From assembly GCA_013239625.1 (NCBI GenBank), contig MU053758.1, positions 1,860,001 to 1,924,000 on the forward strand: DNA of 64,000 nucleotides. The letters run 5' to 3'. A model generated the notes under the pieces. It made no database searches. It was not told the DNA's origin and saw only the letters and a program-made list of their open reading frames with translations. Of the stretch, positions 14,024 to 27,093 are shown one piece after another. The first letter of the stretch is position 1. Each line of letters starts with the position of its first letter. Source of the DNA: Lama guanicoe. Lineage: Eukaryota. The position numbers and the translations under genes are program-made.

Positions 14024-14830
14024 ATGAGGAAGCAAAGTGATATCTCCCAGGCCAAGATGCAAGATAAAATCCCAGAAGAAATACATGATGAGGAGATAGG
14101 TAATTTACCTGAGAAAGAGTTTAATGATGGCCAAGATGTTCAGAGAACTCAAGAGGAGTATAGATGCACAGAGTGAAGTTTTTAGCAAAGAGTTGTAAAA
14201 TATAAAGAACACCCTAACAGAGTTGAAGAATAAAATGATTGAAATGAACAATACACTAGAAGGAACCGAGAATAGACTAAATGAGGCAGAAGAATGGATC
14301 AGTGAGCTAGAAGACAGATTAATGGAAATCACTACTTCAGAACAGAAAAAAGAAAAAAGAATAAAAAGGAATGAGAATAGTTTAAGAGAACTCTGGGACA
14401 ACATGAAGCACTCTAATATTTGCATTACAGGGGTCCCAGAAAGAGAAGAGAGAGAGAAAAACCCTGAGAAAATTTCTGGAGCAAGAATAAGGAGAAAATA
14501 TTAAAATTAGCAAGAGAAAAGCAACAAATAACATAAGGGAACTCCCTTAAGATTATCAGCTGATTTTTCAGCAGAAACTCTACAGGACAGAAGGGAGTGG
14601 CAAGATATATATAAAGTGATGCAACGGGGAAACTTACAACCAAGAATACTCTAACCAGCAAGGCTTTCAGACTTGATGGAGAAATCAAAAGCTTCACAGA
14701 TAAACAAAAGCTAAAAGATTTCAGCACCACCAAACCAGCTTTACAACAAATGTTAAAGGACATTCTCTCGTCATCAAACCATAAGAAAAGAGAACAAAAA
14801 GAAGAAAGAGAAGAAAAGAGACCTACAAAA
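14024..14830 (+). pseudogene. Degenerate L1 ORF1p (coiled-coil and C-terminal domain; stops, frameshifts, internal deletion near 14480)
   Basis: MRKQSDISQ...EIGNLPEKEF; MNNTLEGTENRLNEAEEWISELEDR...LRELWDNMKHSNICITGVPE; LRLSADFSAETLQDRREW...FSTTKPALQQMLK. Confidence 0.85.
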
Positions 14831-15215
14831 GATTGCTTTCGCTGTTCGGGGTCTTTTGTGGTTCCTTGTAAATTTTAGAACTGTTTGTTCTAGCCCTGTG
14901 AGGAATGTTGACGTATTTTGATGGGGGTTGCATTGGATCTGTGGACTTCTTTGGGTAGTGTGGCCATTTTGATAGTGTTGATTCTTCCAATCCAAGAGCA
15001 CAAGAAATCTTTCCATTTCTTTGTGTCATTTCAGTTTTCAAAGTATAGGTAAACTCCTTGGTTAAATTTATGTCTAGGTATTTTGTTGGTTTTGATGTAA
15101 TGGAAATGTCTCTGGCAGTTGTAAAATTCTGGTTTTTGAAATGAAAAAAAAAGTGAATGAGGGGCTGCAAATGGCAAAATATCCTTCTTTTCTATGGGTG
15201 AGTTGTATTCCACTC

Positions 15216-15262
15216 CATATATATACACATATATATACACGCACATATACACACACACACAC

Positions 15263-15300
<38 letters not shown>

Positions 15301-15330
15301 ATATGCATGTATATATATATATATATGTAT
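15216..15330. repeat. Compound (TA)n/(CA)n/(TG)n microsatellite
   Basis: Directly visible dinucleotide runs. Confidence 0.95.
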
Positions 15331-16115
15331 GCTGCATCTCCATTATCTATTCAACTATTGATGTGCACTTAGGATGCTTCCATATCTTGGCAATTAAAAA
15401 TAATGTTGCTGTTAATAGTAGGGTGTGTGCATCTTTTTGAGTTAATTCTTATTTTGTGGTTGGCTTTATACCTTTGATAACTATGTAAGTTTAAAAAGCT
15501 AAAGCTCTAAACATTCTTAGAAACAATAACAGTACATATATTTAAATTTAAATCTATATGTACAGAAAAAAAAGATCTATCAAGCCATGAAAGTCATAGA
15601 AGAAACTTAAAAAACATATTACTAAATGAAAAGAAGCCAGTCTGAAAAGGCTACAAACTGTAAGATTCCAACCAAATGACATTCTGGAAATGGCAAAGCT
15701 AGAGAAACAATAAAAAGATCATTGTTTCCAGGGGTTTGGGAAGAGGAAGGAATGAATAGATGGAGCACAAGGGATTTTTAGGGCAATGAAGTTATTCTGT
15801 ATGATACTACATGTCATTATGCATTTGTCAAAATCCATAGAATGTAAAACATCAAAAGTGAACCCTAATGTAAAGTAGGGACTTTGGTTGATAATAATGT
15901 GTTCATGTTGGTTCCTTGATTGAACCAAATATGCCACACTGATGAGGGATGTTGAGGGGAGGGGAGTATATACGTGTGGGTGGGGAGGACTATGTGTGAA
16001 CTCTGTATTTTCTGCTCAATTCTGTTATGAACCTGAAACTGCTCTAAAAGAATAAAGTCCATTTAAAAAAAAAAACTTGAACTTCAAAAGATACCATCAA
16101 GAATGTAAAATAGAC

Positions 16116-17824
<1,709 letters not shown>

Positions 17825-17835
17825 GTAAAAAAGAC

Positions 17836-18250
17836 AACCCAAGGAATGGGATAAAATATTTGCAAATCATGTATCTGATAAGGAACTTGCATCTACAATA
17901 TACAAAGAATTCCTACAACTTAATAATAAAAAGACAAATAGCCCAATTGAAAAATGGGCAAAGAAGTAATTGGCAAAGGCTCTTAATAGATATGTCTCCA
18001 ATGAAAATACACAACTGGCCAGTAAGCACATGAAAATATGCTCACCATCATTAGCTAGCTAGAAAACGCAAATCAAAATGACAATGAGGTAGCGCTTCAA
18101 ACCCACTAGGGTGGCTATTAACAAAAAAGACAGTAACAAGTGTTGACAAGGCTGTGGAGAAAATAGAACCCATACACACTATCTGTGGAAATGTAAAAAT
18201 GGTGCAGTCACTTTGAAGAACCAGTCTGGCAGCTTCCCAAATGGTTAATT
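17836..18250 (+). mobile_element. Old L1 ORF2 fragment, part 3 (host element)
   Basis: 'aacccaaggaatgggataaaatatttgcaaatcatgtatctgataagg...aaaaatgggcaaag...gcaaatcaaaatgacaatgagg'. Confidence 0.85.
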
Positions 18251-21103
18251 ACCACCAATCCTTCCGATCACCTGGGTGAAGCTTCACACATACCAGGTTC
18301 CTAAAATGGCCAACAGGTTATCAAGCAAGGTTGGCCTCCTCTGGTCTCCACACTCCTCTCTGAGGCAATCTCTTCTCTAACTCCAGACCCTCTGAACTGT
18401 ATTTCATCCACTGAAACACTTGTTTTCTCTCTATATTCGTTCTCCCCCTGACAGATCTAAAGTTGTCTGATTCTTCTCCCCATTTCCTATGCAGTCTTCC
18501 TCCAGAGTCCATGGGCTGCATCTCTTGCCCACAAGAGGAGCTCCTGTTACAACGCTGAGTTCAAACGCCTCTCTTTTTCCACCTAGAAGTAAGTCAACCA
18601 CCTCATGGGAAAGTATGTAATTGGCCTGTGCTGTAGATAAAGACATATCCATCTTTCACATCTCATACACCATCAGCCACAGACAATCATGGTCTAAATG
18701 CTTAAATGGGTGAGAAACTAAAGAATCAAAGAAAAGGTGATATCTGAAACCTTAGATTGCAAAAAGTGGCAACAGTGGGCTTCTGAAGGAAGGTAACCTC
18801 CAAGAAAGGCTATCAGTCCACCAGAACAACACGGTCCTGACTCCCTAGAGAACTGCAAGATTTTATAGTCTTCTTCTGGGGAGATGCTCCATTTCCCAGA
18901 TGGCGACTAGACCCTACTGCAAGCTAAGAGGAAGCAATAAAACTTTTGTTTAACTTACCTCTGAAACTCAGCCCATCCAGGGCAGTGGTGCCTAGTGCAT
19001 TTCCCCTGCGGTGCTCACTCATTGTGTCCAGAGGCACAGGTCTTGCTTAAAAGTCAATGCCTTTCCGGCTAGCCCTCAAACTTTCTTAAAGTTAGTAAAG
19101 AAAGAGGCTGACTGCCTAGTCCAAGAAAGTAGGGATCACAGATACCTCTTCATTTGCCATTCAAAGAGTTACTGCCTGCCTATCAGAAAACCAAGCACTA
19201 CACACAATCCTGGGAACTGGCAGGCACAGGCACACACACTTTGAGCATATCTTCAGGTTTTCTAACAAGACCATAATCCCCATCTGTCCTGGCACTTGTC
19301 TGAGAGGCAGGACAATGAACAGGAGGCAAAGAAAACGAGACCTCTCATTCGAGCACCATCATTAGCCAATGGTGCTGGACAATGAGCTACATCTTTTGCT
19401 GTGACCATAGGCAACCTAATCCTCCTATCAGGGCCTCCATTTCTTCGTGTATCAAAGAAGGGACCCAAAGTCCCTTCTGACTAGCTGTAATATTCTTGAG
19501 TCTCAGACCTCAGTTCTCTGTAGACAGGATGCTTTCTAGTGAGAAGCTGCAGGACAAAAATCAAGGACTGACTTTCAGGCAGGGACACAGGGTTCACATT
19601 TTGATGACCCAGTTTCCCTTGCAATGTTGTCAGATGACCCCTGAGGCAGCAGGAAACAGAAGGAACAAACTCTGCTGGACTGTTGAACCAAAGCAGCTCC
19701 AGAGGTCTAGGCTTTAAACTAGTGGTTCTCCCTACCCTGGTCAGGACCTGCACCTCAGTGAGGTTACTGAACACAGTAACTTGCCAAAAACCAAGAAATC
19801 AACAAAGACCTCACCATAAACATGTTCATTTCCGTATTAGATGTAAAGATCTAAAACCCTGGCTCAGACAACAGCTCATCAATCTCCAGCCAGAGGCTCT
19901 TCTAGTAAAGCAAAGCAAAAAGTCTTGCTGGCCTTGGGTCCCTTTGTCATCATTTCATCTTGGGGGCAATTTCAAGTGCTCAGTAAAGTCAGGGAGCCTA
20001 AAGAACTGATATCCACAGGAAACTCAAGCCATGCTTCTTTTTCCTGATTCCTACTTTTAGTTGGTGAAGTTGGTATTTCAGGTCCTTTTACTTCCTCTGC
20101 TTATTTCTGGTGTAGGAACTCACAATGAAATGGTCAGAATGCAAACAGAAGTGGTTGGAAGAGAAAGAAGAAAGACCCCAAACAAATAAGACACAAAGTC
20201 CTCCAGCTCAAACACTGTGCTAGGCTCCAACTTCCTAACAGGAGCTGTTAGACAATCTCAAAGAACCCCAAGGAGTCAGGGAACCTCTTTCTCATCCTAA
20301 TCACCATCCCTTATCACACCCTTTATGAGCATACAATAGAAAGCTCAATTTAACAGAGAGTAAACATCTTTGACAGGAACACCATAGGAGAATTCAGGAA
20401 GCCACATTATTTCTACTATGAATAGTCCTCATAAGCAGGCATCACCTTCTCTCAAATGGATACATTCTCTCTTCTCCCTAATCTAGGAAGATCCTAGTAA
20501 AGTGTTTGTGGTCCAAGGAAGCCTGTGCTTCTCCAGTTGATACACCTCATTCAAGAAGAAAAAAATGGAAACCCAGGAAGGATTTCCAGTCAGTGGTAAG
20601 GAGGTCTAGAGGATGGGGAAACTTTGAGCAGCCACACCAACCAAACAACTAGAAGAGGAATATCCAGGCAGGCCAATGCCACTTGCCCTGTCAAACTGGA
20701 CAGTGAGCTCGGCAGTCGATATAAGGAACGAGGGAGGAAACAAATGCAACAAACGAGGTGAGATGAGAAGAGAGGAAGAGGGAATGAAAGAGATTCCACC
20801 CCACCCAGGCCTTCCCTCTGCGCTCCAGGGGCTGCCTGAAGCCAGACGCAGGAAGCTTGAGGGGCTGGAGGGAAGGGGAGGAGGCGACGGGATACCACCA
20901 TCGGAGACACCAGGCCTCGCGTGCCACGCGAGGAGGCACACCCAGCCCGGACGACGTGCGAGGGTGGGGTGGGCGTGCTAGTGGTTTGGCCAGGGTTTGG
21001 AGGCGTCACTGGCAGGGCCCGCGGGGCGATGGCCTGGGGTTGCGGGGGGCGTGAACGCGCTCGGGGCCGCGCTCGGAAGGGCGCGCGCGGGGGAGCTGGT
21101 TAC

Positions 21104-21262
21104 CGTGTGGTTCACCCCCCACATCAGGACGCTGAGGATCGGCTCGCTGGCCCGGAATAGCTTCACTTTCTGGCACACGAAATGCTTCTTCTTGGTCTTG
21201 GTCTTGCTGGCGCTGAGCGGCGCCACCGCCACCGCCGTGGTGCTGGTGCAGTTGGACGACAT
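21104..21262 (-). CDS. PIP4K2B: PIP4K2B coding exon 1 (ATG at 21262; 53 codons), phosphatidylinositol 5-phosphate 4-kinase type 2 beta
   Basis: [53 protein letters not shown] followed by GTAACC donor; inside a CpG island. Confidence 0.98.
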
Positions 21263-21270
21263 ACCCGGGG

Positions 21271-21293
21271 CGGCGGCGGCGGCGGCGGCGGCG
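21271..21293 (-). repeat. Short (CCG)n/(GGC)n trinucleotide repeat just upstream of the PIP4K2B ATG
   Basis: cggcggcggcggcggcggcggcg on + strand, about 7 units. Confidence 0.9.
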
Positions 21294-21380
21294 AAAGGGG
21301 GGGCGGCCGAGACGGCACACAAGCCAGCGGCCCCAGGCCTCCCCCGGCCCCATCCCCACCCCTGCTCCCTCACCGCGCCA

Positions 21381-21452
21381 NNNNNNNNNNNNNNNNNNNN
21401 NNNNNNNNNNNNNNNNNNNNNNNNNNNNNNNNNNNNNNNNNNNNNNNNNNNN
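21381..21452. other. Assembly gap (72 N) in the GC-rich PIP4K2B 5'UTR/promoter
   Basis: Run of n characters. Confidence 1.
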
Positions 21453-22307
21453 TCCGCACCCCGCCCCCGGGCGGCGCCCCCGCCCCGCCGTCACCAGGCC
21501 TTCTCCTCCCCGGCTGGGTGGTACCGCCCGTTCCTGGGAGACAGCGGCCGCACCGCCCGCCCCTCCTCCCCGGGCCTGACAGGAACCGGGAGGGCCTCCG
21601 CGCGCCTCGGAGCCCGCGCGCAAGCAGGGCGTTGGGGAGGAGGGCTGGCTGGGTAGGTCTCCCTGTCTACCGCGGGAGGGTCTCCCAATCCGGGCCCCCT
21701 AAAGCCAGGGTTTGGCTCTTTCCTCAACCTGACGTGCCAAGATGGCGGCGGCACCACGGCTCATGACGGGAGGAGGGGCAGGAATGCGAGGAGGGTGGGA
21801 CGTACCATCCCCACCCCGGGGGAGAGAGGAGAAACACAGCGAGGGGAAAAGAAGTCCTGCCGGGAAAAACAAGGAATGCCCCCTGGCTCCACCCAAGCGT
21901 GGATCTTCCCACTCCCCTGGGCCCGGGGCGCGCTCCACCCGCGGGACACGCCCCCTCCCCCCAGGGCCAATGAGGGAAGCCAGCTGGCAGCCCTGGGTTT
22001 TATGAATGGGTCCCGCTGCCACCCACCTGCCGCTGGCCCCATACCTCCATAGGGTCGAGTTCAGAGACTGGCCAGACTGGCTGATACCTTAAGTCACCTA
22101 TCCTTCAGCAGAGAATCATAATCGTCTTACTCTCTGGCTCACTTGATGAAATATTTGAGTAAACTGCCCACGCTTTCCTACATAATCCCTCTCTTACTCT
22201 CCATACATTGGGTTACAAGTTGCGGGTCAGTATTGTTCTGCAAGGGAATTGAGGGCTTCAGTACTCATCACAGGTGGCTCTTTACAGTTATAAAAATAAA
22301 TATAGCC

Positions 22308-22313
22308 TTTATT
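22308..22313 (-). terminator. Candidate CWC25 polyadenylation signal (AATAAA on minus strand)
   Basis: tttatt on + strand about 1.35 kb past the CWC25 stop; a second candidate at 22741. Confidence 0.45.
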
Positions 22314-23655
22314 ACCAAGTAATAAAATAAAAGACATAATTCACCCTATCATAGGGAAGCAGGATGAGGTGATTAAATGACTAACAAGTGAATGTATTTT
22401 CTCTCTGGGGAAGGACTGGGTTTTAAGCATTACAGTGCTCGGTATTATAAGTGACCAAAACAAAATCCAAATTCGTTTTAAGCAGAATTAGGAATTAGCA
22501 GAACAAGGAACTAGCCCAGCTAATGTGTGGGGTCAAGAATGCCTAGGAGTTCAGGGGTCAAATGAGGGCTTGTGGTGAAAGAAGAGAAGGAAAAGGAGTA
22601 AAGATAGTAGACTGATCCATGAGTTTGGGATTTTTTTAAATATCTGACTAAAAAATAACAGCAAACAACCCCTGAAAATCTAGAACTGTAGTAAGATTAC
22701 TACATGATAAAAAGGAAGCCATTAAATAAATAGCTTCCATTTTATTTTCTGTAAGAGCCAACAGGGAGCACACTGGCCATTTGGTCCTGACTCCTAAAAT
22801 CATTTGACTTCAACACTGCACTGCCCACATGGGAGACTCTAAGCAGTGTAAAATGACAGATACCCTAGATCCTACCAATAAACCCAGGCCCCTCCAAAAC
22901 TAGCCAGATTCAAAGAGGAAAGAAAAGCTGACCTGCCTTACTGGGTTACTTGATAACAAGATACAATGCGGTTCCATTACATAGTAAAGTCACTTACCAA
23001 GCAAGATACTCTCACAAAGCTAACTTCTTTTTTTCAAAAGCATGTAAAAATTATACATTTGTACATATACACACTATACTTTACAGTTTGAAAGATAGTC
23101 CAAATGGTTCAACAGTTCATTTAGGGGTTTTTTTGCATTGTTTTCCTTTCCAGATTCTTTGTCACTCCCTTAGCTCTGCCCTAATCTGACATCATTCCAT
23201 CACATTATCTACTAAATCAAGTAAATGTTCTTTTACCCCAGTAAACACAATCTATCTGGGTGACTCTGGAGACAGAGGTTTCTGAAAGGTCCAGTCTATA
23301 CTGAGGTGCTAGAATAGGTCTGTTCACACAGATGGAGGGAGGAGGCATAAGCTCTCAAGACCACAGGGTGTAGTATTCCAGAACAGGATGAGTACTCACA
23401 CCTAGTGCCCACCCATTAAAAAACAGTTTAAAACCCACTCTGCACCCAGTGAAAGTTACTGAGGGTCCTATAGAGCAAGTCACACTGGTTCTCAAAAGAA
23501 GTGGGCTGTTTCCGGAATCCATGGAGGAGAGTCACTTTGAACAGTGGTGGTTTGACATCTGTGGAAAAAGCCATTTGAACTCTTATAAAGAGAATTTTTA
23601 AGGAGTGGGCAGCCTCCCTGGAAAATTCAGGAAAACCGGCAAGAGGGGATGGCTT

Positions 23656-23770
23656 TCATCTTTTCATGAAGTTCTTCTCCAGAGCTACTGAGGTTCTCTG
23701 TAGAGAGTAAATATTCCGCTTCACCCGATCCTCCAGGGACGAGGTAGATGCGCTCTCTAACTTCATGCGG
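23656..23770 (-). CDS. CWC25: CWC25 coding exon 10 (last; TGA stop)
   Basis: (H)RMKLESASTSSLEDRVKRNIYSLQRTSVALEKNFMKR*; CTAG acceptor. Confidence 0.96.
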
Positions 23771-24257
23771 CTAGAAGAGAAGACAGGTGAAAGTAGGTAA
23801 CAAACATCTGTCAACTGGTCGACTGTCTGGCAGATTTAGAACAAGAAGTTGCCAGTCATAAAACAGCGGTAGAAACACAAGCCCTCTTAAGCCCATGTAG
23901 ATAAAAGTGATCCATCTGGAACTCAACTGTTTTATAAATTGTTAAGGGAAAATTTATCTGTTTTGGAAAGTAAGTCAAAGCTTCATTTGAAAAAGGCTTC
24001 CTGAGCCATGAATTCTTATTTACAAGGAAGGCCAAGGAGATTCAGTGAAAATACCAATTCACTTCTGCATTCAAATGACAAACATCCCAGTGTGGCCAAA
24101 AGCTGGGAGTAATAATAAAAGTATCTGGAGGCTGAGCTTGGTGTTCTCTCTGCACAGACGCAGAAACACCAGGAACACAATGAATGACTCAGATGCCCAA
24201 CTGCCTCCTTGGGACTATCTCCATGATAGCCGTTAGGCAGGAAAAAGATGTACTTAC

Positions 24258-24419
24258 TGGATAAACTTCCCATCCCGGGAGTCCAGCTTCTCCAGCCTCT
24301 GCTCCCGTTCGTCATCCTTTGCGTGCCTCTTAAGGATGTTCAGCCTCTCCTCCTCCCGCCACTTGGCGTTTTCCATCATCTCTTGCCGTTTTCGCTCTAG
24401 TTCCTCTGATGAGAGCTTT
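24258..24419 (-). CDS. CWC25: CWC25 coding exon 9 (162 bp)
   Basis: KLSSEELERKRQEMMENAKWREEERLNILKRHAKDDEREQRLEKLDSRDGKFI; CAG/GTAAGT. Confidence 0.96.
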
Positions 24420-26509
24420 CTGTTGAACATAAAAGCCACCCTAAGGTCTACTTCTCTCCCAGAAAAAAAACTAGGGACACCACAGGGAGAAGAGAAACCA
24501 GGCAGGACCCTGGGTTCTCCAGCTCACGGCTCTCTTCCCATGGAAATGCCTAGCCCAGTGCCAGGCTCAGCATGAGGTTTCTTCCTTCCTAACATCTTGG
24601 TCAGACTTTTAAATGAAGGATTCCAAAGTCTCACTCAATAATCTCTGGGGTAATTATTCTGAAACATTAAATACAAAAAAAATGAGAGCAAATCAGGAAC
24701 CTAAATCTATAGCAACTATATTCCAATCGTTTGCTCAACAACTTACAGAAGAACTGAGGACTTAATTTACCCATGTGATGGTTGATATCTACCACCTACC
24801 CACTTGACATGCTTAGAAATTCAGGGGTGCAACACATTGAGTATACCACTTTAGGGCTAAGCTAGAGGCAGATGCCTGAAGAATTCTACTTAGCCTCAGA
24901 CAGTAATGGGTAGTCTTTGTTCCTGGCACTCACTGCAAAAGAAGAGCAAGAAGAGGACGTGATGAAACAGCTTAACACTATTTAACAATGTCAGAAATCC
25001 AAATCCATTGATTCTCAAATTGATGTGATGTACAGGTCCCCCTTTAAAAGGAAAAATAATGACTGGACTCCCATAAGGGAGTAGGAGCCCAATTTTGAGA
25101 AATAAACTTAAGATGCTAAAATCCAACATTTAGTGATCTGTAGTGAAATGACAAGGCTTCCCTTCAAAAACACCACTAAATAAAACAGATGAAACCACAA
25201 AGAGAATGGGAGAGGAGATAAAACTGGATAAGAGATGTGAACAAATTGGCAGAAGAGGAAATAGATGAAGGAGAGGTAACCACTTAACAGATAAGAAGAA
25301 ACTGAATCCTAAGTGCCTGATCCTGATCTGAAGCAAGTGGATTCAGACTGCAAAATCAAGGAGAGGTTCAGGGACTGCAGGCACCAAGTACTGTGGAGAA
25401 TGCAGCACAGGGCTGAAAACAAAGGGACTAATTTAAAGTCTGTATAAGGAGCAATTAAGACACCCCTGGGTCCTCATGCCTGACTCAGGGAAGCCAGTGA
25501 CTTCTCTCCCAAACATCTACAGGAGACACTCCAGAGGGTAGACCCTCTGATAGTTTCTGGAGAAACAGAACCACACAAGAGAACCACAATAGACAACTAT
25601 ATACAAAAGAATGAAACAGAACATTTTCTCACACCATACACAAAAATAAACTCAAAATGAATAAAAGGCCTAAATATAAGACCAGAATCCATAAAACTCT
25701 TAGAAGAAACACAGGCAGAACACTCTTTGACATAAGTTGTAGCAGTATTTTTTTGGATCTGTCTCCTCAGGCAGACAAACAAAAGCAGAAATAAATAAAT
25801 GGAACCTAATTAAATGCTTTTGCATAATAAAGGAAACACAAAAAACAAAAAGACAACCTACTGAACGGGAGAAAATATTTGTAAATGATCTGACTAACAA
25901 GGGGTTAATATCCAAATTACATAAACAGCTCATACAACTCAATATCAAAAACAAATAACTTAATTAAAAAATAGGCAGAAGACCTGAACAGACATTTTTC
26001 CAACAGGCACATGAAAAGATGCTCAACACTGCTAATCATCAGGGAACTGCAAATCAAAACTACAATGAAATATCACCTCACACCTGCAGAATGACTATTA
26101 AAGAGACCACAAATTAAGAAAAAAAAGACCACAAATAACAAAGGTTGGCTGAGGATGTGGAGAAAAGGGAACCCTAGTACCCTGTTGGTAGGAATGTAAA
26201 TTAGTATAGCCACTATGGAAAATTGTATGGAGGTTCCTCAAAAGAACTAAAAATAGAACTGGCACATGACCCAGCAATTCTACTTCTCAGTATATATCTA
26301 AAGAAAACAAAAACACTAATTTGAAAAGATACATGCACCCCAGTGTTCACAGCAGTATTATTTACAATAGCCAAGATATGGAAGCAACCTAAGTGGTGTC
26401 CATCAATAGAAGAATGGATAAAGATGTGATACATATCTATATCTATATCTATATCCACATACACACACACACTGGAATATTACTCAGCCAAAAAAAGAAT
26501 GAAAATTAA

Positions 26510-26627
26510 GGGGGGGAGGGAAACAGCCCAGTGGTAGGGCACATGCTTAGTATGCATGAAGTCCTGGGTTCAATCTCTAGTAAGTACCTCCATTAAAAAA
26601 AATTTTTTTTAGGAAAGAAAATAAAAT
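26510..26627 (+). mobile_element. Vic-1-like SINE nested in L1
   Basis: tRNA-like head; TSD agaatgaaaatt on both sides. Confidence 0.85.
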
Positions 26628-26945
26628 AGAATGAAAATTTTGCCACTTGCAACAACATAGATGGACCTGACCTGGAGGGTATTATGCTTAGTGAAATAAG
26701 TTAGACAGAGATTGCCTGTACGTTATTACTTACATGTGGAATCTAAAAAAATAAAATGAATGACTGTAACAAAACAGAAACACACACACAGATATAGAGA
26801 ACAAACTAGTGATTACCAGTGGGGACAGGGATGGAGAGGGGCAAGATAGGGGTAGGGGATTAAGAGGTACAAACTACTATGTATAGAACAAATAAACTAC
26901 AAGGAAGGATAAATTGTACAACACAGGGAATATAACCAATATTTT

Positions 26946-27093
26946 TTTCTTTTTTTTAAATTTATTTATTTAGGTGGGAGAGGTAATTTAGTTTATTTTG
27001 TTTATTTGTTTATTTTTAGAGGGACTGGGGATTGAACCCAGGATCTTATGCACGCTAAGCACGCGCTCTACCACTTGAGCTATATCCTCCCCC
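26946..27093 (-). mobile_element. Vic-1-like SINE nested in L1
   Basis: Reverse-complement tRNA-like head, T-rich tail; TSD aaccaatatttt on both sides. Confidence 0.9.

Larger units (their letters stand above)
13079..16070 (+). mobile_element. Composite ~3 kb retro-insertion: L1 5'UTR + ORF1, antisense L1 pieces, microsatellite, old L1MC-like 3' end, AATAAA, poly(A)
   Basis: Perfect 17-bp TSD AAAAACTTGAACTTCAA at 13062-13078 and 16071-16087; L1 5' end 'gggagtaccggtcaagatggtggag'; degenerate ORF1 ~14024-14830. Confidence 0.8.
20880..22040. promoter_or_regulatory. CpG island / promoter of PIP4K2B
   Basis: Very GC- and CpG-rich; CCGCCC GC boxes near 21471-21486; TGACGTG and YY1-type CAAGATGGCGGC near 21730-21750. 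Confidence 0.85.

Noticed and set aside
13079..15110. Twin-priming inversion as the explanation for the L1 inversion
   Set aside because: The junction joins the 3' ends of the sense and antisense pieces, and the TSD encloses further unrelated sequence
20997..21766. Long GC-rich ORFs (194-219 aa) on both strands around PIP4K2B exon 1
   Set aside because: Low-complexity Ala/Gly/Pro/Arg translations spanning an N gap; expected by chance in a CpG island
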